The notes below the pieces were generated by a model that did no database searches, was not told where the DNA came from, and saw nothing but the letters and a program-made list of their open reading frames with translations. From NCBI GenBank assembly GCA_050115495.1, contig JASFQK010000037.1, positions 8,600 to 72,599 on the forward strand: 64,000 nt of DNA, in the 5' to 3' direction. This DNA is from Phycisphaerae bacterium. Lineage in GTDB: Bacteria > Planctomycetota > Phycisphaerae > UBA1845 > Fen-1342. Positions 28,106 through 38,239 of this stretch are shown piece by piece; position 1 is the stretch's first letter; every line of letters starts with the position of its first letter. The translations under genes were made by a program, and so were the position numbers.

Positions 28106-29680
28106 ATGGAGATTCGAGGACCACTGATGAGCGCATGGACCATCGCGATCGGGCTGACGGCGGTCGTGGCCTGCTACGGGTGCGCCGCACCGCTACCTGA
28201 ACCGGGTCAGAACGCGGCCGCTCCGAAGGTCGACGCGACCGTCTGTATCGACCTCTCTCAGCCGGTGACGACGGATTTCCTGGGCATCGGCGTGCAGTGG
28301 GCGTCGTACCCGTGGTTCGAGCTCTCGTCCGAGGACTGGGACAAGGTCATTCGTCGCGTTGAGTTCCTGCGGCTGCCCTTCAGCCGCGTGATGCTGGACG
28401 CGTTCTGGTATTGCCGTGGATTCGACGGCGACGGCCAGCCGGTATTCGACTGGGACACGCCCTACATGCGGAAGCTCCACCAACTCCTGGACTTCTGCCA
28501 GCGCAACGGGACGACCGTACTGCTGGGGGAGTGGGCTAGGCCGTCCGGCACGGAGCTCGACCTGCACAGCGCCGACCCGCGCTGGACGACGCTCGTTGGC
28601 GAGTCCGTCGCGCACTTCCTGCGAGACCGCAAGTACACGTGCATACGCTACTACAACCTGATCAACGAACCGCACGGTTCGTGGAGCAACATCACCGTCG
28701 AGGACTGGCGCGCGGCGCTGCTGAACCTCGAACGCGAGTTCCAGCGTCGCGGGCTCGATCAGCAGATCCGCATCGCCGCCCCGGATGGCGACCGCAACCT
28801 GACCACGCGTTCGCTGCGGGATCCCGACCTGCGCCATCTCACTGGCGTTTATGACGAGCACTGGTACGTATACCGCGATGAGATTCGCCGTGGGCTGCTC
28901 GAGCTCTACGCTCGCGAGCAGTTGCGGCAGATCCACCGCGCCGATCCGGGCAAGCCGTTCATTCTCGGCGAACTGGGCATCATGGACGGCAAGACCGAGC
29001 GTGACCAGAACCCGGACGTGTTCCGCTTCTGGTACGGCCTGGCCATGGCCGACGCGGCGATTCAGACGCTCCGCGCCGGCGTCAGCGGCGTGATCGCCTG
29101 GAATCTCGACGACGCCATGTACTTCCTCGGCGACGGCCCGGAGTGCATGAACGCGCTGACCGAGAAGCTCCCGGACGACGCCTACGAACGCCGAAAGATC
29201 TGGGGCATGTGGAACATCCTCGGCGCCGAGCACGGCCAGCCGGAGGAAGAGCAACTTCGGCCGTGGTTCTTTGCCTGGGCGGTGCTGGCCCGGACGTTCC
29301 CCGCCGGTTGCGAGCCGGTGGAGGTCGAAGCGACCGGCATCCCCGGCCTGCGTGTGGCGGCGGCCCGGCTGGCGACGCCCGGCGCGTACTCGATCGCGAT
29401 CGTGAATCACGACAAGTGGCCGCGGCGTCTGCGCCTGCACGCGCCCGCCGCGAAGGACGCGGTGACGCTCGACGTATGGGAGTACATCGACGCGGACGGC
29501 GACGACCGCGTGGACTGCTGGCCCGTCACCGTGGACGCCGACGGACGTGACATTTTCCCCCGCCCGGCGGGACAGCGCCGGGACGTACGCCTGGCGGACG
29601 GATTGGCGCTGGACGTTCCGGCCGGCGCCCTGCTGGTCCTGACCACGGCCGCGGCGGACGCTCCGGCCGGCTCGGATTGA
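28106..29680 (+). CDS. Lipoprotein glycoside hydrolase, clan GH-A (GH5/30/39-like)
   Basis: Lipobox-like VVACYGC; acid/base YYNLINEP; nucleophile FILGELG; C-terminal beta domain. ATG 28127 is an alternative start. Confidence 0.75.
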   Translation: MEIRGPLMSAWTIAIGLTAVVACYGCAAPLPEPGQNAAAPKVDATVCIDLSQPVTTDFLGIGVQWASYPWFELSSEDWDKVIRRVEFLRLPFSRVMLDAFWYCRGFDGDGQPVFDWDTPYMRKLHQLLDFCQRNGTTVLLGEWARPSGTELDLHSADPRWTTLVGESVAHFLRDRKYTCIRYYNLINEPHGSWSNITVEDWRAALLNLEREFQRRGLDQQIRIAAPDGDRNLTTRSLRDPDLRHLTGVYDEHWYVYRDEIRRGLLELYAREQLRQIHRADPGKPFILGELGIMDGKTERDQNPDVFRFWYGLAMADAAIQTLRAGVSGVIAWNLDDAMYFLGDGPECMNALTEKLPDDAYERRKIWGMWNILGAEHGQPEEEQLRPWFFAWAVLARTFPAGCEPVEVEATGIPGLRVAAARLATPGAYSIAIVNHDKWPRRLRLHAPAAKDAVTLDVWEYIDADGDDRVDCWPVTVDADGRDIFPRPAGQRRDVRLADGLALDVPAGALLVLTTAAADAPAGSD

Positions 29681-29696
29681 AGAGGCGAGACGAACG

Positions 29697-31712
29697 ATGA
29701 CGATATTGAGCGGCCTGGATTACGCGATCATCGGCCTGTACATCGTTGGGCTGGTGGCGTTGGGCCTGTGGTTCCGGCGAATCGCCTCGCGGAACATGAA
29801 TTCCTACTTCCTGGCAGAGAAGAGCCTGCCCTGGTGGATGCTGGGTATCTCCGGCATGGGCTACTCGCTCGATCTCGCCGGTACGATGCTCATCATCTCG
29901 CTCCTGTACATCTTCGGGCCGCGTGGGCTGTTCATCGAGTTCCGCGGCGGCCTGTCGTTGGCCATGATCTGCCAGATGATCTGGACCGGTAAGTGGCACC
30001 GCCGGTCCGGGTGCATGACGGTTGCCGAGTGGATGACGTTCCGCTTCGGCGAAGGACAGGGCGGGAAGTTCGCGCGGGCGGCGACGGCGGTGGTGTTCAT
30101 CGTCTTCACGGCCAGCATGCTGACCTACCTGGCGGTGGGCACGGGCATGTTCCTGTCGCAGTTCGTTCCCTTCACACCGTTCCAGTGCTCGCTCGTGCTC
30201 ATCGGCGCTGCGGCGGTCAGCACCGTGATGTCCGGCCTGTACGGCGTCGTATTTGCTGACTTGTTCCAGTGCGCGTTAATCGTGATCGGCATCGTCATTG
30301 TCTGTGTGCTGGCGCTCGGTCGCATGGACGACGCGGCGACGTTTGCCCACGTTGCCCAGACGGTGACCGGCGCTGCGGAATGGACGCACTCGTTTCCGGA
30401 CTGGACGGCCACCGTCCCGCCCGACTACGAGCAGTACAAGCCTCTCTTCATGTACACGATGGTGTTCCTGGTGCTCAACAAGCTGATCATCGGCGGCTTC
30501 GGCACCGGCCACGAGCCGCAGTTCTTCGCGGCTCGCGACGAGCGCGAGTGCGGACTGCTGGCCTGGCTTTGGTCCACGCTGATGCTGGCCCGCTGGCCGT
30601 TCATGATCGCCTTCGCCATCCTCGGCATCTACATGGTGCAGAGCTTCTTCCCCAATCCCGACGAGATCAACCAGGCCGTCGCGCTCATCCAGCAGCACGT
30701 GCCCACCGATTCGGCCGCCGCCTGGCGTGAGGTTCTCAGCCAGATCAAGCTGCACCCGGATCAGCACGCCGACCTCGTCGCCTCCCTGCAAGGGGTGCTG
30801 GGCACGGACTGGACCAGCAAGATCGAGTTGCTCGGCTTCAAGGGCACGATCAACGCCGAGCGCATCGTCCCCGTCGTCATCATCTACGGCATCCCGGCCG
30901 GCGTTCGCGGGCTGCTCCTGGTCGCCCTCATGGCGGCGTCGCTCTCGACGTTCAACGTCACCGTGAACAAGGCCGCGGCCATGTGGACGAACGACCTGTA
31001 CAAGCCGTTCATGCGGCCGCAGGCCGAGACCCGCGAGCTGCTGATGAGCACGTACGTGTTCTGCGCCCTGCTCATCGGCCTGTCGTTCGCCGTGGCCTAC
31101 GTCGTGCCCGACATCAACTCCATCTGGGGCTGGATCACGATGGGGCTGGCGTCCGGCATCGGCATGCCACTGCTGCTGCGCTTCTACTGGTGGCGATTCA
31201 ACGGGGCCGGCTTCGCCGCCGGCATGTTCGGCGGTCTGGCCGCGGCCCTCGCGGTCATGGCCTACAACACCTGCTATCCGAAGGAGGCCCTCAGCGAAGT
31301 GACGCAGTTCCTCATCCTCACGCCGATCTCGGCGGCCTACGCGATCGTCGGCACCTACCTGGGCCGCTCGACGCCGGCGCCCGTGCTCGATCGCTTCTAC
31401 CGCCTGACGCGGCCGTTCGGGTTCTGGGGGAATTACCTGCAACGGCTCGCTCCGCAGGAGCGCATTGCGGCGCGTCGCGAGCACCGCAATGACCTCATCT
31501 CGCTGCCGATCGCGTTTGTCTGGATGGTCACCATGTACCTAGCCCCGATGCAGTTCATGATCGGTCGGTACGCCGCGGGCGGCGTGTCCACCGCATTGTT
31601 CGTCCTGAGCTGTGTGGGCCTGTACGTGTTCTGGTACCGCAACCTCCCGTCTTCGGCCCCGCGCTCGGGGCCCGAGCCTGCTGATGCAGAGGCTCAGAAA
31701 GTCGTCCCATGA
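29697..31712 (+). CDS. Sodium:solute symporter (SSS) family transporter
   Basis: LDYAIIGLY..YFLAEKSLPWWMLGISG; many TM helices; GLLLVALMAASLST. Confidence 0.92.
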   Translation: MTILSGLDYAIIGLYIVGLVALGLWFRRIASRNMNSYFLAEKSLPWWMLGISGMGYSLDLAGTMLIISLLYIFGPRGLFIEFRGGLSLAMICQMIWTGKWHRRSGCMTVAEWMTFRFGEGQGGKFARAATAVVFIVFTASMLTYLAVGTGMFLSQFVPFTPFQCSLVLIGAAAVSTVMSGLYGVVFADLFQCALIVIGIVIVCVLALGRMDDAATFAHVAQTVTGAAEWTHSFPDWTATVPPDYEQYKPLFMYTMVFLVLNKLIIGGFGTGHEPQFFAARDERECGLLAWLWSTLMLARWPFMIAFAILGIYMVQSFFPNPDEINQAVALIQQHVPTDSAAAWREVLSQIKLHPDQHADLVASLQGVLGTDWTSKIELLGFKGTINAERIVPVVIIYGIPAGVRGLLLVALMAASLSTFNVTVNKAAAMWTNDLYKPFMRPQAETRELLMSTYVFCALLIGLSFAVAYVVPDINSIWGWITMGLASGIGMPLLLRFYWWRFNGAGFAAGMFGGLAAALAVMAYNTCYPKEALSEVTQFLILTPISAAYAIVGTYLGRSTPAPVLDRFYRLTRPFGFWGNYLQRLAPQERIAARREHRNDLISLPIAFVWMVTMYLAPMQFMIGRYAAGGVSTALFVLSCVGLYVFWYRNLPSSAPRSGPEPADAEAQKVVP

Positions 31713-32719
31713 AGCTCGCACGCTACGAAGGCAACCCGATTCTGAAACCGGATCCGGAGCACTCCTGGGAGTCGATGGTCACGACCAACCCCGGGGCCTG
31801 GTATGACGAGGAGCGGCGCGAAGTGCTGCTGCTGTACCGGGCGGCCGGCTTCGACGAGCAGCACGTCATTCGGCTCGGGCTCGCCCGCAGCCGCGACGGA
31901 CGCAACTTCGAGCGCGAGCCGGAGCCCGTCTTCGGCCCGAGCCGCGACGGCTTCGACGCGGGCTGCGTGGAAGATGCCCGCATCGTTCGCATGAACGACT
32001 ACTTCTACATCACCTACGCCAGCCGCCCGTTTCCGCCGGGGCAGTACTGGCTGAACAACCACGTTCCGTATCGCGTGCCGAAGTGTCCGCCCGAGTTCCC
32101 GCAGCGCCTGCGCTCCAACGCGACGGCTACCGGCCTCGCCATCACGCGTGACTTCAAGACGTTCATCCGGGCCGGGCGCGTCACCGACCCGCTCGTCGAC
32201 GACCGCAACGTGATCCTCTTCCCCGAGCGGATCGGCGGCGAGTTCTGGATGCTGCACCGGCCGATGGAATGGCTGGGCCGCGGCTTCGGCACCGACCACC
32301 CTGCCATCTGGATCGCGCACGGCCAGGATCTGCTGAGCATGCGCGACTCGCGTCTGCTCTGCACCGCCCGGCAGCCTTGGGAACGGAAGATGGGGGCCAA
32401 CACGCCGCCGCTGCGGACCGAGTTCGGCTGGCTGACCCTCTATCACGCCGTCGGGCCGGACAACCGCTACCGCCTCGGGGCGCTGCTGTTGAAGCTGGAC
32501 GAGCCGACCCGCGTGCTGCACCGGACGCCGGAGTGGCTGTTGCAGCCGGAGATGGAGTACGAGGTCGACGGGATGTACGCCGGCTGCGTCTTTCCCTGCG
32601 GCAAGGTCGTCATCGACGGCGTGCTGCACGTGTACTACGGCGGCGCCGACCGCTTCGTCGCCCTGGCCACCTGCCCGCTCGATGAGCTGTTGAAGTACCT
32701 TCGCACCTGCCCGGCGTAA
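31709..32719 (+). CDS. GH130 glycoside phosphorylase/hydrolase (beta-mannoside-active family)
   Basis: RYEGNPILKP, NPGA, LLYRA, GCVEDARI, LFPERIGG, CVFPCG, VYYGGAD. Confidence 0.92.
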   Translation: MKLARYEGNPILKPDPEHSWESMVTTNPGAWYDEERREVLLLYRAAGFDEQHVIRLGLARSRDGRNFEREPEPVFGPSRDGFDAGCVEDARIVRMNDYFYITYASRPFPPGQYWLNNHVPYRVPKCPPEFPQRLRSNATATGLAITRDFKTFIRAGRVTDPLVDDRNVILFPERIGGEFWMLHRPMEWLGRGFGTDHPAIWIAHGQDLLSMRDSRLLCTARQPWERKMGANTPPLRTEFGWLTLYHAVGPDNRYRLGALLLKLDEPTRVLHRTPEWLLQPEMEYEVDGMYAGCVFPCGKVVIDGVLHVYYGGADRFVALATCPLDELLKYLRTCPA

Positions 32720-32827
32720 CCGCCGGCCCGTCCGGCGTTCACCAGGTGCGGACGACCCCGGACGCGCCCGCGCCCGGGTAGGGGAGGGAATGCGGCGAAG
32801 TCGACCCCTGCCTCATCGCCGTCGGCG

Positions 32828-32842
32828 TGATACTATGTCGGG
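32828..32842 (+). promoter_or_regulatory. Extended -10 element, probably giving a leaderless RDD mRNA
   Basis: TGA-TACTAT-N6-ATG(32843); no adjacent SD. Confidence 0.45.
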
Positions 32843-33604
32843 ATGTCTACAACGGATAGATACTCGGTGGAGACGCCGGAGAGCGTCGAGGTCAGCTTCG
32901 AGCTGGCCGGTCCCGGCTCTCGCTTCTGCGCGCTGGCGATCGACACGATACTCATGTGGCTCGTGGCGTTTGTGGTCATCATCGTCGCTGCATGTGGCGG
33001 CCTGCCGCTGCTCAGCGGGGATTCGGACGACCCGTTCGATCGGCTGGGTGGTTGGGTCACCGCCGTCATTATCCTCGCCGTGTCGGTGGTGATGTTCGGC
33101 TACTACACGCTGCTCGAGCTGCTGCTGAACGGGCAGACGCCGGGCAAACGCTACCTGCAAATCCGCGTCATTCGCGACGACGGTACGCCGGCGACGGCAC
33201 TCGACATCCTCATTCGCAACCTGGTTCGTATCGTGGACGCTCTTCCCGGTCTCTACGTTGTCGGTGGCATCGCCGCCCTCCTGCACCCGCAATACAAGCG
33301 TCTGGGCGACATGGCTGCCGGGACGATCGTGGTCAAGGAGTCGGAGCCGGATTACCGCGCGGCCGCCGATCGCCGCCGCGCGCCGCAGCTCCCCGAAGCG
33401 CACATCACGTACGGCGCACTCAGTGCCGAGGAAAGCCGTCTGGTACGCGGCTTCCTGCAACGCCGGATCGAACTGCTCCCCGAGGCCCGCGCGGCTCTGG
33501 CCCAGGGGCTGGCGGAACGGCTGCACGCCCGGCATGGCGGGGACACCAGCGATCCCGAGACGTACCTCGAGCTTCTGGCGGAAGGACGGCACCTTGACGC
33601 CTGA
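32843..33604 (+). CDS. RDD family membrane protein
   Basis: ETPESVEVSFELAGPGSRFCALAID; GQTPGK; IRNLVRIVD; KRLGDMAAGTIVV. Confidence 0.93.
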   Translation: MSTTDRYSVETPESVEVSFELAGPGSRFCALAIDTILMWLVAFVVIIVAACGGLPLLSGDSDDPFDRLGGWVTAVIILAVSVVMFGYYTLLELLLNGQTPGKRYLQIRVIRDDGTPATALDILIRNLVRIVDALPGLYVVGGIAALLHPQYKRLGDMAAGTIVVKESEPDYRAAADRRRAPQLPEAHITYGALSAEESRLVRGFLQRRIELLPEARAALAQGLAERLHARHGGDTSDPETYLELLAEGRHLDA

Positions 33605-34601
33605 CGAGCTGATCGCCGAACGACGGCCGGTCTGGGACGAGCTGGACGAACTGGTACGCCGTGCCCAGCGGCGCGGGCCGCGGTCGCTTTCGGGCGAGCA
33701 AGCCCATCGGCTCATCCACCTGTATCGAGACGTCAGTGCCGACTTGGCCCGCCTGCAGGCCCTGGGGGCCGAGCCCGACCAGCTCCGCGGCGTTAACCGC
33801 GTCGTTAGCCGTGCCCACGGCCAGCTCTACGGCCGGCGGCCGCGATCACGGCTGTCGTTGTGGCGGTTCTTCGCGAGTGACTACCCGCGGCTGGTTCGCC
33901 GGCGGTGGCCCTTCCTGGCGGCGAGCCTGGCCATCTTCCTGGCCTTCTCCGGCATGGGCTACCTGAGTGTGCAGACCAACCCGTCCGTCGTGGCAGACCT
34001 GCTGGGCGGGGCGGAAGACGAGTTTCGCGGTGACAAAACCGGCGAGGACTTCCGAGCCCGCTTCGAGAATACGTCCTCCCCGCTGCTGTCGAGCTGGGTC
34101 ACGACGAACAACATCCGCGTTGCCTTCATGGCATACGCGCTGGGCATTACCGCCGGCGTCGGGACCGTCTACGCACTCATGATCAACGGTACGATGCTCG
34201 GCGGGTTCGCCGGCGCCTATGCGCAGGATGGGGCCCAGTGGGAGTTCTGGCAGACGGTGCTCGTGCATGGGGCGCTCGAACTGACGGCGATTGTCATAGC
34301 CGCCGGCGCGGGACTCTTGATGGGGTTTGCGCTGTGGTGTCCGGGCCGCCGAACGCGGATGCGGGCGCTGCGCGAGGATGCTCGGGACGCCGCGCTCATC
34401 GTGCTGGGGCTCATACCGGCGTTCATCGTCGCCGGTTTCCTGGAGGGCTTCGTCACGCCCGCCCAGAACATTCCGGCGGGCGTCAAGCTCGCGCTGGGCG
34501 TCGCGATCATGGGCATCTACTGGCTGTACCTGGCGGTGGGGGGGCTGAGAAGATCATCGGTGGGGCCCGACACGCCGCTACGCCGCACGGTTCTGCGCTA
34601 G
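33594..34601 (+). CDS. SpoIIM (DUF95) family membrane protein
   Basis: TTG start overlapping the RDD stop; LYRDVSADLA, TNNIRVAF, NGTMLG, HGALELTAI, AGFLEGFVT. Confidence 0.9.
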   Translation: MTPDELIAERRPVWDELDELVRRAQRRGPRSLSGEQAHRLIHLYRDVSADLARLQALGAEPDQLRGVNRVVSRAHGQLYGRRPRSRLSLWRFFASDYPRLVRRRWPFLAASLAIFLAFSGMGYLSVQTNPSVVADLLGGAEDEFRGDKTGEDFRARFENTSSPLLSSWVTTNNIRVAFMAYALGITAGVGTVYALMINGTMLGGFAGAYAQDGAQWEFWQTVLVHGALELTAIVIAAGAGLLMGFALWCPGRRTRMRALREDARDAALIVLGLIPAFIVAGFLEGFVTPAQNIPAGVKLALGVAIMGIYWLYLAVGGLRRSSVGPDTPLRRTVLR

Positions 34602-34615
34602 GCGGGCCTGTTGAA

Positions 34616-34703
34616 GCGTCGGAAAAGGGGACTGGCTCCGCGCCAGAGACTCTGCATTATGGCGCGGCACGCTCACCGCGGTGCCTGTCCCCTTTTTCGA
34701 CGC
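34616..34703. repeat. REP/MITE-like palindromic element between convergent genes
   Basis: Arms GCGTCGGAAAAGGGGACTGGCTCCG and CGGTGCCTGTCCCCTTTTTCGACGC are 22/25 complementary. Confidence 0.7.
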
Positions 34704-34713
34704 GCGCCGAGCC

Positions 34714-36024
34714 TCAGAAGCGGCCGCTACGCTTCAGGGCCAGGTAGCGGGACAGGACGGCGGGCGTGAGATCGCGCGGATCGACGTCGAGCACGTCCAC
34801 GCCGCTCTTGCGCATACGTTCGAGGGCGAGTCGCCGCTCGTCGCGGGTCTGTATGGCCACGGCCTTGACGTAGCAGTCATCGACCGTGGACGGCGCCGCG
34901 GCGACCTGCCGTTCCAGTTCACGGTTCTGCAACGTCACGCACAGCGGCCGGTGGTGCCGCACGAAACGGCCCATGTGTGCCAGCAGCGTCGCCGACGCCA
35001 CCGGGTCGATTACGTCCGTGAGGAGCACGATCAGCGAGCGCTTGCGGTGCCGCAGCGCCAGGAAGCGGCAGGCACGGTCGTAATTCGACTCGCGCACGCG
35101 GGCCTCCAGCCGGTACAGGGCCTCATTCATGCGCCGCAGGGCTCCGCCGCCCCGCGTCGGCGGGACGTACGCCTCGATCTCGTCGCTGAACCCCAGCAGC
35201 CCGAGCGAATCACCTTCCTTCATCGCCGCATAGGTGAGCATGATCGTCGCGTTGATGGCGTAGTCGAGCCGGGAGATGCCGTCGGCCTGGGTGGTCATCA
35301 ACCGGCCGCAGTCGAGCATGACGACGATGTTCTGGCTTCGCTCGGCGCCGAACTCACGCACGATGAGCCGGCTCCGTCGGGCGGTGGCTTTCCAGGCGAT
35401 GTCGCGGACGTCGTCGCCGGGCAGGTATTCACGCAGGCTTTCGAACTGGTGGCCCTGGCCGCGCTCGGTGGCCCGCCGCAAGCCGAGCGCCTGCATGCGG
35501 TGCCGCTGGAGAGCCATCTCGTAGTGGCGCAGATTCTGCACGTTCGGGTAGACCTTCACCGGCGTGCGCAGGTGGATGCGCTGTTGCCGTACCAGCAGCC
35601 CCAGCACCGTCGCACAACGCACGTGAATGTCGCCGAACTCGTAGAGCCCCCGAGCGTGCGGCCGGGCGCGGTAGCGCAGCGTGGCCCGCGTGTGCGCCGG
35701 CAGGCGGGCCGCCATGAGCGGTGGTTCAACCGCCATCCCGTCGGGCACATCGTCGGTCAGGGCCACCGACAGCGTTCGCCCGCTGCCGTTGCGTACGTCC
35801 CAGCCGGCCTCGTTCCAGGCGTCGAGCGACAGGAATGGCGGGATGGCCCGCTCGATCTCGAGGGACGCCAGCCGCGGCGACCAGAACCAGTCTAGCAGCG
35901 CCAGCAGGACGAACGTCACGTCCAGCGCGAGCCCGATGGCCAGCCCGCCCGGTCCGCGAGCCACCAGCAGGATCGCCGCCGGTAGCGCCAGCAGAAGCAG
36001 CAGTTTGCGGGTGGGCAGAATCAC
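34714..36024 (-). CDS. DUF58 (vWA-like) protein
   Basis: FESLREYLPGDDVRDIAWKATARR; MLDCGRLM; LIVLLTD. Confidence 0.93.
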   Translation of the reverse strand: MILPTRKLLLLLALPAAILLVARGPGGLAIGLALDVTFVLLALLDWFWSPRLASLEIERAIPPFLSLDAWNEAGWDVRNGSGRTLSVALTDDVPDGMAVEPPLMAARLPAHTRATLRYRARPHARGLYEFGDIHVRCATVLGLLVRQQRIHLRTPVKVYPNVQNLRHYEMALQRHRMQALGLRRATERGQGHQFESLREYLPGDDVRDIAWKATARRSRLIVREFGAERSQNIVVMLDCGRLMTTQADGISRLDYAINATIMLTYAAMKEGDSLGLLGFSDEIEAYVPPTRGGGALRRMNEALYRLEARVRESNYDRACRFLALRHRKRSLIVLLTDVIDPVASATLLAHMGRFVRHHRPLCVTLQNRELERQVAAAPSTVDDCYVKAVAIQTRDERRLALERMRKSGVDVLDVDPRDLTPAVLSRYLALKRSGRF

Positions 36025-36042
36025 CGGCCGGCCCTCGTTGGC

Positions 36043-37008
36043 TCAGGCACTCAGCCGCGGCACCTCGATACGTTCGACCACCTGGCGAATCGCGTCGTCC
36101 GGCCGCAGGCCCTCGATCTCCGCCTCCGGCTGAAGGAGCACGCGGTGCCGTAACGATGGGACGACCAGGTCGCGGACGTCTTCTGGCGTCACGTAGTCCC
36201 GTTCGCGCAGCAGGGCCATCGCCCGCGATGCCTGGAACAGCGTAACGCCCGCCCGTGGACTGGCGCCGAGGGCCAGGGCGTGCGACTCGCGCGTGGCTCG
36301 CACGATCGATGTGATGTAGTGCATGACCTCGGGCACGACGCGGACGGTGCGGATCGTCGCCTGGGCGTCGGCGAGGCCCTTCCCGTCCGTGCAGGGCTCG
36401 ATTCCGAACGTGTCGTGGCACGCCGCGTCGAAACCCTGCTCGTAGCGGTGGAGGATTTCCTGCTCGTCAGCCTCCGGCGGATAACCCGCCAGCGACTTGA
36501 ACATGAAGCGGTCGAGCTGCGCCTCGGGTAGAGGATAGGTCCCTTCGTACTCGATGGGGTTCTGCGTGGCGAATGTGGTGAACACCGGGCTGAGGGCCCG
36601 CGTCTGCCCGTCGATGGTGACCTGCCGCTCCTGCATCGCCTCGAGCAGGGCCGACTGCGTGCGAGCCGGCGCCCGGTTGATCTCGTCGGCCAGCAGCAGG
36701 TCGCAGAAGACCGGGCCCGGTATGAACTCGAATACGCGCTGCGCCTCGCGGTAGACATTCACGCCGAGCAGGTCGGCGGGCATTACGTCCGGCGTGAATT
36801 GAATCCGCCGAAACGTGCCCCCCACCACCAGGGCCAGCGCTCGGACGAGCAGCGTCTTCGCCGTCCCGGGCGGACCTTCCAGCAGGACGTGTCCGCCGGC
36901 CAGCAGGGCGACGAGCACTTCGTCCAGAAGGGTGTCCTGGCCGATGATGACTCTATTGAGCTCGGCGCGCAAGCGCCGGGCGAGTTCGATCGTGTTTTCC
37001 AACGCCAT
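36043..37008 (-). CDS. moxR: MoxR-family AAA+ ATPase
   Basis: GHVLLEGPPGTAKT, RIQFTPD, LLADEINR, ATQNPIEYEGTYPLPEAQLDRF. Confidence 0.95.
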   Translation of the reverse strand: MALENTIELARRLRAELNRVIIGQDTLLDEVLVALLAGGHVLLEGPPGTAKTLLVRALALVVGGTFRRIQFTPDVMPADLLGVNVYREAQRVFEFIPGPVFCDLLLADEINRAPARTQSALLEAMQERQVTIDGQTRALSPVFTTFATQNPIEYEGTYPLPEAQLDRFMFKSLAGYPPEADEQEILHRYEQGFDAACHDTFGIEPCTDGKGLADAQATIRTVRVVPEVMHYITSIVRATRESHALALGASPRAGVTLFQASRAMALLRERDYVTPEDVRDLVVPSLRHRVLLQPEAEIEGLRPDDAIRQVVERIEVPRLSA

Positions 37009-38239
37009 GCTCAAGCGCCTCCACAACCGTGTCCAACCGCCGAGCCAGGTGTAGCAGGGCGGCGTCGTTGACGATCCGCGCTGGCCCGGTCAACTGCTCG
37101 GCGATCTCACTCTCCTGGGCCTGACCGCGACGTTGCAGTGCATCAGCCAGCTCGACGCTGCCAGCCTGCGGCGACAGACGCAGCAGGCCGCACAGTCGCT
37201 CGCGGTAATAGCTGCATACGGCGGCGGCCGCCACCTCCCGGGCTCGCGCCGCCCGCAGAAACTGCCCGGCGGCCCGCGTGAATTCGCCCTGCGTCCGTCG
37301 CCGCGCCGGCGGAACGTGCTCCGCCCGGCCGAAACGTACGCCGCCGGCCGCCAGGGCCAGCAGCGCCACGATCAGGGCCTGCGTCACCGGCCACGCCCAA
37401 CGCCCATCCCACAGGAGCTGGAACATGGCCTGCCACATATCCGGCTCATGCGGGAAGCCGGCGTGGTATTCATCGAACGCGAACGCGGCGGTCCGATCGC
37501 CGTCGGTCAGCGACTCCGCCAAGCTGGCTAGCCAGAGAGCATGACCACCCTCGTCGAGCCCGCGGTTCGTCAGGGCGTGCACGTCGGCGAGGGCGAGGAT
37601 GCGGCCGGATCCCCAGCGCGTCTCGAAGGCCAGCACGCCCTGTTCATCGGCCCACAACACCTCGAACGGTAGGTCGGCACTGGGCCAGAGCAGCGGTTGC
37701 TCGGGATGAAAGCGGAGCGAATCCCGGGCGACCAGCAACTCTTCGCCGAGCGGGTGACACGTCGCCGGCGAGATTTCCTCGTCCGGGACCGCGTCCTCGG
37801 TCGCGGGCGACGTCTCGCGGGCGTAGGCAAACCACGTGCCCGGGCCGCAACAACCCTCTTCACAAGCGCAGCACCTCACCTCGCGCTCCGGCGCCACGAG
37901 GAGGTTGTGCCCCTCGGCGACCCACCGGCTCAGCACGCGCGCTTCGTAGTCGCTGACGCCCTGCGCTGGCCGCAACAGCACGAGCGCGTCGATCCTCGCC
38001 AGCGTGTCCGTGTCGATTGGCCGTCGCAACCGCTGCACGTCGTAGCCGAGCTTGTCCAGTACGAGGTAGGCCGCCTTCGTGCCGTAAGGGGCGTTGAAGA
38101 ACGTGGAGGGCTGCTCGCGCAGGCCGCCAGCTTTGGCGGGCGGCAGCACCAGCCAGATCAGCAGCGCCAGCACGATGGCCGCCGTCAGCGCTACCGCCAG
38201 CAGCCTCAGATCACGCCTTGTCTGCAGGTCCAGCTTCAC
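36953..38239 (-). CDS. DUF4350 domain membrane protein
   Basis: N-terminal TM, STFFNAPYGTKAAY, FDEYHAG, second TM followed by RFG; conserved cluster position. Confidence 0.85.
   Translation of the reverse strand: MKLDLQTRRDLRLLAVALTAAIVLALLIWLVLPPAKAGGLREQPSTFFNAPYGTKAAYLVLDKLGYDVQRLRRPIDTDTLARIDALVLLRPAQGVSDYEARVLSRWVAEGHNLLVAPEREVRCCACEEGCCGPGTWFAYARETSPATEDAVPDEEISPATCHPLGEELLVARDSLRFHPEQPLLWPSADLPFEVLWADEQGVLAFETRWGSGRILALADVHALTNRGLDEGGHALWLASLAESLTDGDRTAAFAFDEYHAGFPHEPDMWQAMFQLLWDGRWAWPVTQALIVALLALAAGGVRFGRAEHVPPARRRTQGEFTRAAGQFLRAARAREVAAAAVCSYYRERLCGLLRLSPQAGSVELADALQRRGQAQESEIAEQLTGPARIVNDAALLHLARRLDTVVEALEHGVGKHDRTRPALARRAQ

Noticed and set aside
33594..34601. Sporulation function for the SpoIIM-family gene
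   Set aside because: The RDD/DUF58/MoxR context is the non-sporulation version, and no other sporulation genes are present.
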